Assembly (NCBI RefSeq): GCF_028293085.1
Contig: NZ_JAQGLC010000082.1
Span: 7,615 to 71,614, forward strand
From: Sphingomonas bacterium
Lineage (GTDB): Bacteria; Pseudomonadota; Alphaproteobacteria; Sphingomonadales; Sphingomonadaceae
Reading direction: 5' to 3'
Length of the DNA stretch: 64,000 nucleotides
The first letter of the stretch is position 1. Each line of letters begins with the position of its first letter. Below the pieces are notes generated by a model. That model was not told the origin of the DNA, ran no database searches, and was given only the letters and a program-made list of their open reading frames with translations. The position numbers were made by a program, and so were the translations under genes. Shown piece by piece: positions 1-10,125 of the stretch.

Positions 1-358
1 GCGCCTCTACGCCCGGTCCGATGTCGGCCCGTCAGGCATCGACACTGCGCAGATCTACGATCATTTCTCGTCCCAGGTCATCCTCCAGCTCGAGGATTAC
101 GGCTTCTGCGCCAAGGGCGAGGGCGGGCCATTCGTGGCTTCGGGTGCGATCCGCTTCGACGGGGGCTCGCTCCCGGTCAACACCGATGGCGGCCAGCTCA
201 GCTGCGGCTATATCTGGGGCATGAGCCATGTCCGCGAGGGCGTGGAGCAACTTCGCGGTACCGCCGCCAACCAGGTGAAGGACGCGAAATTCGCCCTCGT
301 CACCGGCGGCCCCTCCGACATCCCGATGAGCGGCCTGATCCTGAGGGCCGAGGCATGA
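1..358 (+). CDS. SCP-x/Ltp2-type thiolase-fold protein (probable retro-aldolase), 5' truncated by window edge
   Basis: Frame +2 is open from the window start: AQIYDHFSSQVILQLEDYGFCAKGEGGPF...VNTDGGQLSCGYIWG..EGVEQLRG, typical of non-canonical thiolase C-termini; followed by a DUF35 gene. Confidence 0.85.
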   Translation, partial: RLYARSDVGPSGIDTAQIYDHFSSQVILQLEDYGFCAKGEGGPFVASGAIRFDGGSLPVNTDGGQLSCGYIWGMSHVREGVEQLRGTAANQVKDAKFALVTGGPSDIPMSGLILRAEA

Positions 359-798
359 CCCGCATCGCCAACCGCCCGCCCGAGGCGCTGGTGCGCATCG
401 TCACCGACAGCTGGACCGAGCCGTTCTGGTCCGCCGCGAAAGAGGAGCGCCTCACCTGCGCACAATGCGGCAATTGCCACCGCTTCCGCATGCCGCCCAC
501 GCCCTTCTGCCCGCACTGCCGCAGCCAGGAAATCGACTGGCCAACGCTCCCCGGCACCGGCACGATCTACTCCTACACGGTGGTAGAGCGCGCTGTGCTT
601 CCCGGCACCGAGGACAGCATCCCCTATGTCCCCGCCGTGATCGCGCTCGATGGCGCGACCCCGGCGCGCCTGATCAGCAACATCGTCGATTCGTCGCTGG
701 ACTCGATCCGCATCGGCGCCCGCGTGCGGGTGATCTTCGACGTCATGCCCGACGGCGCCGCCGTCCCCCGCTACACCGTCACGGAGGAAAGCGCATGA
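355..798 (+). CDS. DUF35 Zn-ribbon/OB-fold protein (thiolase/aldolase partner)
   Basis: PFW...CGNC..FRMPPTPFCPHC, GTIYSYTVV, PYVPAVI; ATGA overlap with the upstream gene. Confidence 0.9.
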   Translation: MTRIANRPPEALVRIVTDSWTEPFWSAAKEERLTCAQCGNCHRFRMPPTPFCPHCRSQEIDWPTLPGTGTIYSYTVVERAVLPGTEDSIPYVPAVIALDGATPARLISNIVDSSLDSIRIGARVRVIFDVMPDGAAVPRYTVTEESA

Positions 799-1946
799 GC
801 GTCTCGCCCATCTGGCGCACGCCCTTCCTTGAGGATCGCCACCGCGCCCTCGCCGACAGGCTGTTGGCCTGGGACATCCCCGAGGTCGATCATGATCCCG
901 AGGATTTCGACCCGCCCGTCCGCCTGATGCTCCGCGCCATGGCCGCGGAAGGCCTGCTCGACCTGATCATCCCCGCGCCCGGCCAGTCGCCGATGAGCGT
1001 GGACCTGCGCGCCATCTGCCTCGTCCGCGAGGTCCTCGCCTATCGCAGCGGCGGCCTCGCCGACACCAGCTTCGTGATGCAGGGCATCGGTACCGCCGCG
1101 ATCTGGCTCTCGGGCAGCGAAGCGACCGCTGGCACCTATCTCGCACGTGCGCGCCGCGGCGAGACCATCGCCGCCTTCGCCCTGACCGAGCCCGAGACCG
1201 GCTCGGACGTCGCCAACATCACCACCAGCGCCACCCGCGACGGCGACGACTATATCCTCAACGGCGCGAAGACCTTCATTTCCAACGCCGGCATCGCCGA
1301 TCACTATCTGATCGTCGCGCGTACCGGCGAGGCCCCCGGCGCGCGCGGCCTTTCCGCTTTCCTGGTAGACGCCGACACGCCCGGCCTTGCCACCGAGAAA
1401 CAGCGTTACATCGCCGCCCATGCCGGCGGCAGCCTGGCGCTCCACGACGTGCGCGTCCCCGCCTCGCGTCTGATCGGCACCCCCGGCGGCGGCTTCAAGC
1501 TGGCGATGGCGACCTTCGACATCTTCCGCGCGTCGGTCGGCGCCGCCGCTATCGGCTTCGGCCGCCGCGCGCTCGATGAGGCGCTCGACCGCACCAGGCA
1601 CCGCCAGCTCTTCGGCAAGCGCATGGCCGACATGGACGGCGTGCAGACGAAGCTCGCCGAGATGGCGACGGAGATCGAGGCCGCCGGCCTGCTCGTCTAC
1701 CGCGCCGCCTGGGCCAAGGACAGCACCGGGCAGCGCTGCACCCGCGAGGTCTCGATGGCCAAGCTCATCGCGACCGAATCCGCGCAGAATGTGATCGACG
1801 CCGCGGTGCAGCTGTTCGGCGGCGCCGGCGTAACCCACGGCTCGGTGGTCGAACGGCTTTACCGCGAGGTGCGCCCGATGCGGATCTACGAGGGTGCCTC
1901 CGAGGTGCAGAAGCTCGTGATCGCCCGAGAGATGCTCAAGGACTGA
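795..1946 (+). CDS. acyl-CoA dehydrogenase
   Basis: AFALTEPETGSD, NGAKTFISNAG, QLFGGAG, IYEGASEV; start reassigned to ATG 795 (ATGA overlap, GGAGG RBS). Confidence 0.93.
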   Translation: MSVSPIWRTPFLEDRHRALADRLLAWDIPEVDHDPEDFDPPVRLMLRAMAAEGLLDLIIPAPGQSPMSVDLRAICLVREVLAYRSGGLADTSFVMQGIGTAAIWLSGSEATAGTYLARARRGETIAAFALTEPETGSDVANITTSATRDGDDYILNGAKTFISNAGIADHYLIVARTGEAPGARGLSAFLVDADTPGLATEKQRYIAAHAGGSLALHDVRVPASRLIGTPGGGFKLAMATFDIFRASVGAAAIGFGRRALDEALDRTRHRQLFGKRMADMDGVQTKLAEMATEIEAAGLLVYRAAWAKDSTGQRCTREVSMAKLIATESAQNVIDAAVQLFGGAGVTHGSVVERLYREVRPMRIYEGASEVQKLVIAREMLKD

Positions 1947-1993
1947 CCGGGCCGAAAACCCGAACGAACACGCGATTTTGGAGAGAGAAGACG

Positions 1994-3610
1994 ATGCCCG
2001 CACCCCAGGACAGTTTCGATTACGTCATCGTGGGGGCGGGCACCGCCGGCTCGCTGGTGGCCGCGCGCCTCGCCGAGACGCCGGGCGTCAGCATCTGTCT
2101 GCTCGAGGCCGGCCCGTCGGATACCAACCGCTTCATCGGCATCCCCGCCGGCTTCCTGAAGGTGATCTTCGATCCGAAACTCACCTGGGGCTTCTCCGCC
2201 GATCCCGGCCCCGCGATCAACGATCGCGTCATCCCCGCGCTGCAAGGCCGCGTCGTCGGCGGCTCGGCCGCGATCAACGGCATGATCTACACGCGGGGCC
2301 AGGCCGACGATTTCAACAAATGGGCGCAGCTCGGCAATCCCGGCTGGTCCTATGACGACATCCTGCCCTATTTTCGCAAGACCGAAACCAATACGGACAA
2401 GGGCGATCCGAAATATCGCGGCGACACCGGCAAGCTGCGGATCGTCGGCCTGCACTGGAAGAACGAGCTGGTCGACACCTTCATCCGCAGCGCGGGCGAG
2501 CTCGGCATCCCCTACAACCCCGATTACAACGGCGAGAAACAGGCCGGCGCCGGCGTCTATCAATATAATATCGGCAAGGGGAAACGCCTGAACACCGCGC
2601 GCGTCTACCTCCGCGACGCGATCAGGACCGGCCGGATCGATCTGCGCACCGATGCCCGCGCCACCCGCGTCAATTTCGAGGGCAAAACCGCCACCGGCAT
2701 CACCTATACCGATGACGAAGGCAAAACGACGAAGACCGTCACGGCCACCCGCGAAGTGATCCTGTGCGGCGGCGCGATCAACACGCCGCGGCTGCTCCAG
2801 GTCTCGGGCGTCGGCGATCCCGCCCACCTCAAATCGATCGGCGTGGAGGTGATCCAGCCGCTTCCCGGCGTCGGCCAGAATCTGCGCGATCACTTCACCC
2901 CGCGCACCGTGGTGAAGGTGTCCGGCGCGGTGACGATCAACGATATCGCCAAGGGCCCGCGGCTGCTCAGCCAGGGCATCAAATGGCTGCTCAACCGCCC
3001 GAGCGTACTCGGCATCGGCGTGGTGCTTGGCCAGGCCTTCTGGAAATCCGATCCAGCGCTCGACAGCCCCGACATGCTCGTCACCTTCACACCGGGCAGC
3101 TTCAAGGAAGGGTTCCTCGGCGTGCTTGACGATACGCCCGGCATGACCCTCGGCGCCTGGCAGCTCCGCCCGGAAAGCAGCGGACATGTCCTCGCCAAAT
3201 CGACCGACCTGTTCGAGGCCCCCTCGATCCAGCCCAATTATCTCGCCAGCGATAACGACAAGCGCGTCCTGCTCGCCGGCCAGAAACTGATCCGCCGCCT
3301 GCTCAACGAAACCTCCCTGAAATCCTATGTCGTCGAGGAGGTAATCCCCGGCCCCACCGTCCAGACCGACGAGGATCTGATGGGCTACGCCCGCCGCCAG
3401 GGCCTGGCCGGCTATCATTATTGCGGCACGTGCAAGATGGGGCCGGCCACCGATCCGCTCGCCGTGGTCGACGCGACGCTCCGCGTCCACGGCATGAACA
3501 AGCTGCGCGTGATCGATGCCTCGATCATGCCCGACATCACCTCGGGCAACACCAACGCGCCGACGATGATGATCGCCGAAAAGGGCGCCGACATGGTCAA
3601 AGCGGCGTGA
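1994..3610 (+). CDS. GMC family FAD oxidoreductase (choline dehydrogenase-like)
   Basis: [50 protein letters not shown]. Confidence 0.93.
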   Translation: MPAPQDSFDYVIVGAGTAGSLVAARLAETPGVSICLLEAGPSDTNRFIGIPAGFLKVIFDPKLTWGFSADPGPAINDRVIPALQGRVVGGSAAINGMIYTRGQADDFNKWAQLGNPGWSYDDILPYFRKTETNTDKGDPKYRGDTGKLRIVGLHWKNELVDTFIRSAGELGIPYNPDYNGEKQAGAGVYQYNIGKGKRLNTARVYLRDAIRTGRIDLRTDARATRVNFEGKTATGITYTDDEGKTTKTVTATREVILCGGAINTPRLLQVSGVGDPAHLKSIGVEVIQPLPGVGQNLRDHFTPRTVVKVSGAVTINDIAKGPRLLSQGIKWLLNRPSVLGIGVVLGQAFWKSDPALDSPDMLVTFTPGSFKEGFLGVLDDTPGMTLGAWQLRPESSGHVLAKSTDLFEAPSIQPNYLASDNDKRVLLAGQKLIRRLLNETSLKSYVVEEVIPGPTVQTDEDLMGYARRQGLAGYHYCGTCKMGPATDPLAVVDATLRVHGMNKLRVIDASIMPDITSGNTNAPTMMIAEKGADMVKAA

Positions 3611-3774
3611 GGGGACGTGCAGTGGAACGATGCCGCTCCGACCGACACCGTGTCCATTGTGCCGGACCTGTTCCGTCATCCACCGCGCCCCAGGCGCGTC
3701 GAGCGTCATAACTCGGCACGTCTGCAGCGAACCGATCGAATGCGATCCCGAAAACGAAGAGAAGGAGAGAACCC

Positions 3775-4326
3775 ATGGCCGATCTGGACCCCAGCCTGCT
3801 CGCCCGCATCGAGGCGATCGAGGCAGATCTGGCGATCCGCAGTCTCGTCGCGCGCTACGCCTTTGTGATGGACGATCGCGACGTCGACGCGATCCCGGCC
3901 TTGTTCACGACGAACGCGAAGGTAACCACCGGAGACGGCGTGATGAACTCGCAAGGCCGCGACGAGCTGGTCAAGCTCTACGAAGGTCGCTTCGCGAAGC
4001 TTGGCGCGACCAACCACGTCGTCCACGGCATGGACGTGACCATTGACGGCCCGACGACGGCGCACGCCACCGTCTCCTCGACGGCGGAGGTCCAGCGCAA
4101 CGGTGTCCACCAGGTCGTCGCGCTGCGCTATCACGACACATACGAGAAAGAGGACGGCGCGTGGCGCATCGCCACCCGCCACATGCTCTATTTCTACTAC
4201 GTCCCGCTGGATCAATATCCCGGCATCCTCGGCACGCTGAAGCGCAACCTCACTTATGCCGAACCAATGGACGCCGACTTCCCGGAAAAGACGCCGGGGT
4301 TCGTGAAATATATAGCGACGCATTAG
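3775..4326 (+). CDS. NTF2/SnoaL-like protein (copy 1)
   Basis: IRSLVARYAFVMDDRD...LFT.NA...GATNHVVH...RYHDTYEKEDGAWRIATR; AAGGAGAG RBS. Confidence 0.85.
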   Translation: MADLDPSLLARIEAIEADLAIRSLVARYAFVMDDRDVDAIPALFTTNAKVTTGDGVMNSQGRDELVKLYEGRFAKLGATNHVVHGMDVTIDGPTTAHATVSSTAEVQRNGVHQVVALRYHDTYEKEDGAWRIATRHMLYFYYVPLDQYPGILGTLKRNLTYAEPMDADFPEKTPGFVKYIATH

Positions 4327-4489
4327 GCGAAGTTCGGCCGTGACCGATCGGCGCCGGATTTCCGCATGTGCCATTCTGGCCCGGTGCCGAGCGCCCGGGC
4401 CTACAGCCGCTTCGGTCTCGCCGGCGGCCTGACGAAGTGACCGGGGGTATGTCTTCCCCACATCGCGCTCGCCGTGTACCGAATCCCCG

Positions 4490-5875
4490 ATGAAGGCCCT
4501 GATCGATCCCGATAACGCGCTGGCCGCCGGCCTCGCCGCCATCCGCACCCAATATCAGGTGCCCGCCTCTTTTCCCGCCAATGTCCTTGCCGCCGCCGAT
4601 GAAGCGGCGAAACGTGCGCCGACCGAGCATGTCGATCGCACCGCCCGGCCATTCGTCACGCTCGATCCCGCCAGTTCGACCGATCTCGATCAGGCTTTCG
4701 CCATCGATCGCAGCGGCGCGGATCTGCTGCTGCATTACGCGATCGCCGATGTCGCCTGGTTTGTCGACGATGGCGGCGCGATCGATGCCGAGGCATGGCG
4801 CCGCGGCGAGACGCTGTATCTGCCCGACGGCAAGGCCGGCCTCTATCCGCCGGTGCTGGCGGAAGGCGCCGCGAGCCTGTTGCCCAGCGGTCCTCGGCCC
4901 GCCGTGATCTTCACCGTGCGCGTCGCGCCCGACGGCGCGGTGCACCTCGACGGCGCCGAGCGCGCGATCATCCGCAGTACCGCCAAGCTCGCTTATGACA
5001 GCGTGCGCGAGGCCGATCTCCCCGCCGATTTCGTCGAGCTGGCCAACCGCATCCAGGCCGCCGAGGACCGGCGCGGCGCCGCCCGCATCGATCCGCCCGA
5101 GCAGGAGGTCGCCCCGCTTGGCGACCGGCGTTTCAAGCTGCTGCTCCGCCCCCAGCTCGAATCCGAGCTGCGCAATGCCGCCATGTCGCTGGCGACCAAC
5201 CTCGCCATCGCCGATGCGCTCCAGGCACATCACACCGGCCTGTTCCGCGTGATAGCCGAGCCCGATACGCGTGCCGTCAGGCGCCTGCGCCTCACCGCCA
5301 AGGCCTTTGGCCTGACTTGGCCGGAGGCCGCGACCCTAGACCAGTTCGGTCGCACGCTCGACCCCGCCGACCCCAAGCAGGCCGCCTTCATGCTGGCGAT
5401 CCGGCGGGCCGGGCAGGGCGCGTCCTATGTGCCGTTCCGCGAGGGCGTCGTCCCCTGGCACGCCGCCATGGCTGCGACCTATGCCCATGCCACGGCGCCG
5501 CTGCGCCGTCTCGCCGATCGCTATGTCGTGCGTGCGACGCTGGCGATCGCGAACGGCCGGCCGGTGCCCGACGTCGTGACGGCGGCGTTCGACCAATTGC
5601 CCGGCGTCATGGCGCGCTCCGGCTCGCTTGCCGGCCAGATCGATCGCGCCGTGATCGACCTTGCCGAGGCCGCGATGCTCCACGGTCACGAGGGCGAGGA
5701 TTTTCCGGCGGTCGTCACCGATCTCGACGATCGCGGCGCCCGCATGCAGCTCCGCGACCTGCCCGTCGTGGCGCGCGTCACGGCGCACAGTGTCGCGCCC
5801 GGCGACGAGCTCCGGGTGCGCCTCACCGCTGCCGATCCGGACAAGCGCACGATCAGCTTCGAACGGGTGGGCTAG
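4490..5875 (+). CDS. RNB-domain ribonuclease (RNase II/R family, lacking N-terminal cold-shock domains)
   Basis: FVTLDPASSTDLDQA, YAIADV, RGETLYLPD, YAHATAPLRRLADRY. Confidence 0.9.
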   Translation: MKALIDPDNALAAGLAAIRTQYQVPASFPANVLAAADEAAKRAPTEHVDRTARPFVTLDPASSTDLDQAFAIDRSGADLLLHYAIADVAWFVDDGGAIDAEAWRRGETLYLPDGKAGLYPPVLAEGAASLLPSGPRPAVIFTVRVAPDGAVHLDGAERAIIRSTAKLAYDSVREADLPADFVELANRIQAAEDRRGAARIDPPEQEVAPLGDRRFKLLLRPQLESELRNAAMSLATNLAIADALQAHHTGLFRVIAEPDTRAVRRLRLTAKAFGLTWPEAATLDQFGRTLDPADPKQAAFMLAIRRAGQGASYVPFREGVVPWHAAMAATYAHATAPLRRLADRYVVRATLAIANGRPVPDVVTAAFDQLPGVMARSGSLAGQIDRAVIDLAEAAMLHGHEGEDFPAVVTDLDDRGARMQLRDLPVVARVTAHSVAPGDELRVRLTAADPDKRTISFERVG

Positions 5876-6028
5876 CAGGGCATCCTGCCCCGAGCGGGTT
5901 TGGGGAGGAATTTCGCGATGCCGCTTTCACCGGAAAGCCGCCTTTCTGGATGAAAAACATGTCATCTATGGCCTGCGCCGCCGCTAGGTCGTAGTCGCGC
6001 CACAATGTGCGGGCTAGGCGCTGCACCG

Positions 6029-6772
6029 ATGCAGTCGGCACCCGATCACGTCCTGCCGGGCCGGCGCCGCGCTTCGTTCAAAAGCCGCGCCACCTCTTTC
6101 CTGATCGCCCTCGCGATCGAGATTCTGATCGTGATCGGCTTGCTCACCCTGGCGCCGCGCACCCCGCCGGTAAAGAAGAGCACGCCGGTCACCTTCTCGA
6201 TGTATCCGTCGCCCGATCATCAGGCGACGCCCAAGCCCAGCCCGCACAAGGCGCGTTCGAAGAGCACCTCAAGCGCCGCCGCACCAGCCCGCCTCGCGCC
6301 CGACGCCACCACCGTGCCGCAAACGGCCAAACCGCCGGTCAACCCGCTGCTCAACGACAAGGAGCTGTTCGAGGCGGCCGACATCTCGAAACTGGGCTCG
6401 CACAGCAATGACGACAGCGACAGCCCGGACACGGGCTCGGTCTATGGCCCGGGCGAGGGGCCGGGTGGCGAGCGGCTCTACAATGCCGAATGGGTCCGGG
6501 AGCCGACCGATGCGGAGCTCGCCACCTACATGCCGCATGCCGGTTTGCCGCTGGGCAGCTGGGCGATGATCGCCTGCAAGACGATCCCCAATTTCCAGGT
6601 CGAGAATTGCCGCCCGCTTGGCGAATCGCCGGTCGGGTCCGGGCTGGCGCGGGGCCTGCGCCTCGCCGCCTGGCAGTTCCGCGTCCGCCCGCCCCGCGTC
6701 GGCGGCAAGGCGCTGATGGGTGCCTGGGTGCGCATCCGCATCGATTTCACCAAGGAAGCGCCCCAGAAATAG
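6029..6772 (+). CDS. membrane-anchored Pro-rich protein with TonB-C-like domain
   Basis: N-terminal TM helix (FLIALAIEILIVIGLL), Pro/Lys-rich linker, C-terminal ..VENC..LGESP.GSG...AWQFRVRPP. Confidence 0.6.
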   Translation: MQSAPDHVLPGRRRASFKSRATSFLIALAIEILIVIGLLTLAPRTPPVKKSTPVTFSMYPSPDHQATPKPSPHKARSKSTSSAAAPARLAPDATTVPQTAKPPVNPLLNDKELFEAADISKLGSHSNDDSDSPDTGSVYGPGEGPGGERLYNAEWVREPTDAELATYMPHAGLPLGSWAMIACKTIPNFQVENCRPLGESPVGSGLARGLRLAAWQFRVRPPRVGGKALMGAWVRIRIDFTKEAPQK

Positions 6773-6778
6773 GCGGCT

Positions 6779-7123
6779 TCAGCCCCGCTCCGCGCTGGCG
6801 AGCACCACCAGATTCCCGTCGGGATCGCGAAGGCGCAGCAGGAAATATCCGTCTGTCTCCTCGATCGCGCCCGGCTCCAGCCCGGCCTCGCTCAGCCGCA
6901 CGCGCTCTGGCTCCAGCGGCAACACGCCCAGCGTCAGGGTGGAGTGCCCGGCATGCTCCTTCTGCTCGTACAGCTGGACCTCTGCGCTGTCGCTGAACTG
7001 CCATTCCACCAGCCCCGGCATCGGGCGCCGGCCCGGCGGCTTGCCGAACAGCTTCTCGTACCAGCGCGCGCTGGCCGCGATGTCGCTGCAGCTGACATGG
7101 GCGAAGATGGTCGCGATGCTCAT
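6779..7123 (-). CDS. VOC/glyoxalase-like protein
   Basis: VSCSDIAASARWYEKLFG ... LRDPDGNLVVL; start set at ATG 7123. Confidence 0.8.
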   Translation of the reverse strand: MSIATIFAHVSCSDIAASARWYEKLFGKPPGRRPMPGLVEWQFSDSAEVQLYEQKEHAGHSTLTLGVLPLEPERVRLSEAGLEPGAIEETDGYFLLRLRDPDGNLVVLASAERG

Positions 7124-7301
7124 GGGCCTACCTCGTCGATGCGGACGCCGCCACGCTCGCTGCGGCGGCCGGACCTGCGCGTAACGCACGACGCCGGGAA
7201 AAATGGCACGCCCAGCCTCGATTCAACCTTGCCGCCGCGGCGCCAGGGTCGACGCGAATCGAAAAACCCGCTCTTTCGCATCGCTGTTCAGGATCAGGCG
7301 G

Positions 7302-7811
7302 TCAGGCGGTCGCTTTTTTCGGCCCGCCCCGCCCATCACCCGCCATCTTGCGCGAATCATGGCTTGCGGTGATTGCCACCGGCTTCACCTCGAAGATCAC
7401 GCGCTTGGGGCTGTCCATCAGCTTGACGAAGGCATCCGGATCGCCGGGCGCGAGCTTGGCGGCGAAGCGTGGGTAGAACCAAGCCTTGGTCTCGGCGTCG
7501 CGGTGGAGCGTCGCGCGGCCCCGGATTGCCAGCATACGCCGCCCCTCCAGCGCCGTCCCGGCATTGGAGACGATGATGCTCACCCGCTCGTCCGCATCGC
7601 ATGCCCGGGTTTGCGCCCGCCCCTCGACCGAGGTGAGCCAGAAGATTCCCTCGTCCTCCAGGAAGCTCATCACCACGCCGCTCGGCCAGCCATTGGTGCC
7701 GGCAAACACCACGGTGCACTCGCTCTGCGTGCTCAGCAACTCGTGCTGATCGGCCTCGCTCAGCTTGACGTCGGCGAGCACCTCGTTGTTCTCGACTCCG
7801 GCCTGCGCCAT
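7302..7811 (-). CDS. pyridoxamine 5'-phosphate oxidase-like split-barrel flavin/F420-binding protein
   Basis: NGWPSGVVMSF, FWLTS, DERVSI.VS, IRGRATLH, SHDSRK; start at ATG 7811 next to the ALDH stop. Confidence 0.75.
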   Translation of the reverse strand: MAQAGVENNEVLADVKLSEADQHELLSTQSECTVVFAGTNGWPSGVVMSFLEDEGIFWLTSVEGRAQTRACDADERVSIIVSNAGTALEGRRMLAIRGRATLHRDAETKAWFYPRFAAKLAPGDPDAFVKLMDSPKRVIFEVKPVAITASHDSRKMAGDGRGGPKKATA

Positions 7812-7812
7812 G

Positions 7813-9291
7813 TCAGCGCCGCCACATCGCGCCGTCGCCGATCGCGACATTCTTGATGCGGACGAATTCCATCATCCCGTCATAGCCGCCCTCGCGGCCG
7901 TGCCCGCTCATGCCGCGGCCGCCGAACGGCGCATTCTCGCGCGCGGTGGGGGCGCCGTTGATCTGGACGGAGCCGGCATCCAGCCGGTGCACCAGCTGCA
8001 ACGTGCGGGGCAAGTTGGTCGAATGGATATAGGCGCCCAGCCCGAACTCGGTGCTGTTGGCGATCGCGACCGCCTCGTCCACGTCCTTGAAGGTGATTAC
8101 CGACAGAACCGGGCCGAAGCATTCCTGCTGCGCCAGCGCGCTCGCCGGATCGACATCGGCGAACACCGTCGGCGCGACATAATAGCCGTTCGGATTGACC
8201 CCCTCGGGCTTGCCGCCGCCGAGCACGACCTTGCCGTCGCCCCGCGCCCGCGCCGCGTCGATCACGCCGAGCAGCCGCTCCTGCGAGCTGGCGTTGATCA
8301 CCGGCCCCAGCTCGGTCTGCGCGTCGAGCGGATCGCCGACCCGGATCGATGCGATCTCCGCGACCAGTCGCTCGGTGAAATCCCTCGCGATGCTCTCCTC
8401 GACCAGGATGCGCGTCGGCAGGATGCAGCCCTGGCCCGCCAGGAACAAAGGCTGCCGCGCGGAGTGGCGCACCGCCACCTCCATGTCGGCATCGGCGAAG
8501 ATCAGGTTCGCGGATTTGCCGCCCAGCTCGTACAAAGCGGGCTTCAGCGACTGCGCGATCATCGCCGCGATCCGCTGCCCGGTGGCGACGCCGCCCGTGA
8601 AGGAGATCTTCTGCACGTCGGGATGGCGCACCAGCGCCTCGCCCGCCTCGACCCCGCCCGTGACGAGGTTGAGCACGCCCGGCGGGAAACCTGCCTGCTC
8701 GGCGAGCTGGAGCAGCCGGTAGGAGGTGAAGGGAGTCAGCTCGGGCGGCTTCATCACGATCGTATTGCCCGCCGCGAGCGCCGCGCCGAGCTTCATGCCA
8801 AGCCCCATCAGCGGCCCGTTCCAGGTGATGATCAAGCCGATCACCCCGTACGGTTCGGCGAGGGTGTAATCGAGCACGTTATCGTCCTGGAACGACGAGA
8901 CGACGCGGCCTTCCAGCTTGTCGGCATAGCCGCCGGCATATTTGGTCCAGGCCGAGAATTTGCTCGGGATCGCGCGGACGCCGGTGATCGGCGATCCGTT
9001 CTCCCGCGCGCCGATCCAGGCGAACTCGTCGGCATGCTGCTCGACCAGGTCGGACAAGCGGAACAGCAGGTCGCGGCGCACTGACGGCTTGGTCGATCGC
9101 CATCCGGGCAGAGCCGCCTTGGCTGCGGCGACCGCACGCTCCACGTCCGCGGCGCCGGCGACCGGCACCTCGGCCTGCACTTCGCCGGTCCCGGCGAACC
9201 GGTGCTGATGAACGCCCGCGCCGCCTTCGCCCAGATACTGGTCGCCGATGACGAGACCTGCCTTGGGCAGGATGAAACTGGGAGCGTTCAT
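7813..9291 (-). CDS. aldehyde dehydrogenase
   Basis: ITWNGP, MKPPELTP, ISFTGG, YELGGKSA, AGQGC, ECFGPV, PFGG. Confidence 0.95.
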   Translation of the reverse strand: MNAPSFILPKAGLVIGDQYLGEGGAGVHQHRFAGTGEVQAEVPVAGAADVERAVAAAKAALPGWRSTKPSVRRDLLFRLSDLVEQHADEFAWIGARENGSPITGVRAIPSKFSAWTKYAGGYADKLEGRVVSSFQDDNVLDYTLAEPYGVIGLIITWNGPLMGLGMKLGAALAAGNTIVMKPPELTPFTSYRLLQLAEQAGFPPGVLNLVTGGVEAGEALVRHPDVQKISFTGGVATGQRIAAMIAQSLKPALYELGGKSANLIFADADMEVAVRHSARQPLFLAGQGCILPTRILVEESIARDFTERLVAEIASIRVGDPLDAQTELGPVINASSQERLLGVIDAARARGDGKVVLGGGKPEGVNPNGYYVAPTVFADVDPASALAQQECFGPVLSVITFKDVDEAVAIANSTEFGLGAYIHSTNLPRTLQLVHRLDAGSVQINGAPTARENAPFGGRGMSGHGREGGYDGMMEFVRIKNVAIGDGAMWRR

Positions 9292-9306
9292 GATGTTCCT
9301 CGCTTT

Positions 9307-10092
9307 TTATCCCTCGGCCCGGCCGCCGGGGCCGCGCTCGAGGATGATTTCCATGCGGTATCGGCCGGCCGGGAAATGGCCGAAGCCGATCTCCGCGATC
9401 TCACCCGCGCTGGTGACGAATTCGGTGCGGACCACCAGCAGCGGCGATCCGGCCGGGACCTTGAGATATTCCGCAATCGGCGTCGTCGCGGCGGCCGCCT
9501 CGACCACTTGCTCGACGCGCCGGAAGGTCACGCCGATTTCGTCCTCGAGCACGCGGTAGACCGTCCCGCCCGCGCGCATCTTGTCGGCCAGCCCCGCATA
9601 GCGCCCGTCGACGTAAATCTCGGAGAAGCCGAGCGGCAATGCGCCGCGGATCGGCATGCGCAGTATCTCGACGCGCAGCCATTGCGAGTCCGGCTTCACC
9701 CCCAGCCGTTCGGCCAGCGCCCCCGTCGCCACCACCATCTCGACCGAGATGACCCGCGATTCGGTCCGTCGCGAATATTGCAGCAGCTCGCCGATCGACT
9801 GGACCGAGTTGACGAAGCTGTCGGACGGATCAGTCGAGAGCAGGATCGATCGCGTGCCGCGCCGCCGTTTGATGTAGCCGAACACCTCGAGCTCGCGCAG
9901 GCTCTCGCGGATGGTGTTGCGGCTCGCACCGAACCGCTCGACCAGCTCGGCCTCGGTCGGCAGCTGCCCCGCGACCGTCCAGCGGCCCGCCTTGATGTCG
10001 CCGATCAGCGCTTCGGTGATCTTGCGATAGCCGATCCCGCGCTCGGACCGCACGTCCTCCCGCTCCAGCGCTTCGTTGCTGTCGTCTCTCAT
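9307..10092 (-). CDS. GntR (HutC/UTRA) transcriptional regulator
   Basis: QLPTEAELVERFGASRNTIRESL wHTH plus UTRA-like C-terminus. Confidence 0.92.
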   Translation of the reverse strand: MRDDSNEALEREDVRSERGIGYRKITEALIGDIKAGRWTVAGQLPTEAELVERFGASRNTIRESLRELEVFGYIKRRRGTRSILLSTDPSDSFVNSVQSIGELLQYSRRTESRVISVEMVVATGALAERLGVKPDSQWLRVEILRMPIRGALPLGFSEIYVDGRYAGLADKMRAGGTVYRVLEDEIGVTFRRVEQVVEAAAATTPIAEYLKVPAGSPLLVVRTEFVTSAGEIAEIGFGHFPAGRYRMEIILERGPGGRAEG

Positions 10093-10125
10093 CGGTGCCC
10101 CCGGTTCATCTGGCAGATGCCCCTG

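Noticed and set aside
3655-3684. ATTGTGCCGGACCTGTTCCGTCATCCACC resembling alphaproteobacterial REP-like palindromes
   Set aside because: Single degenerate copy with poor pairing; not supportable from this window
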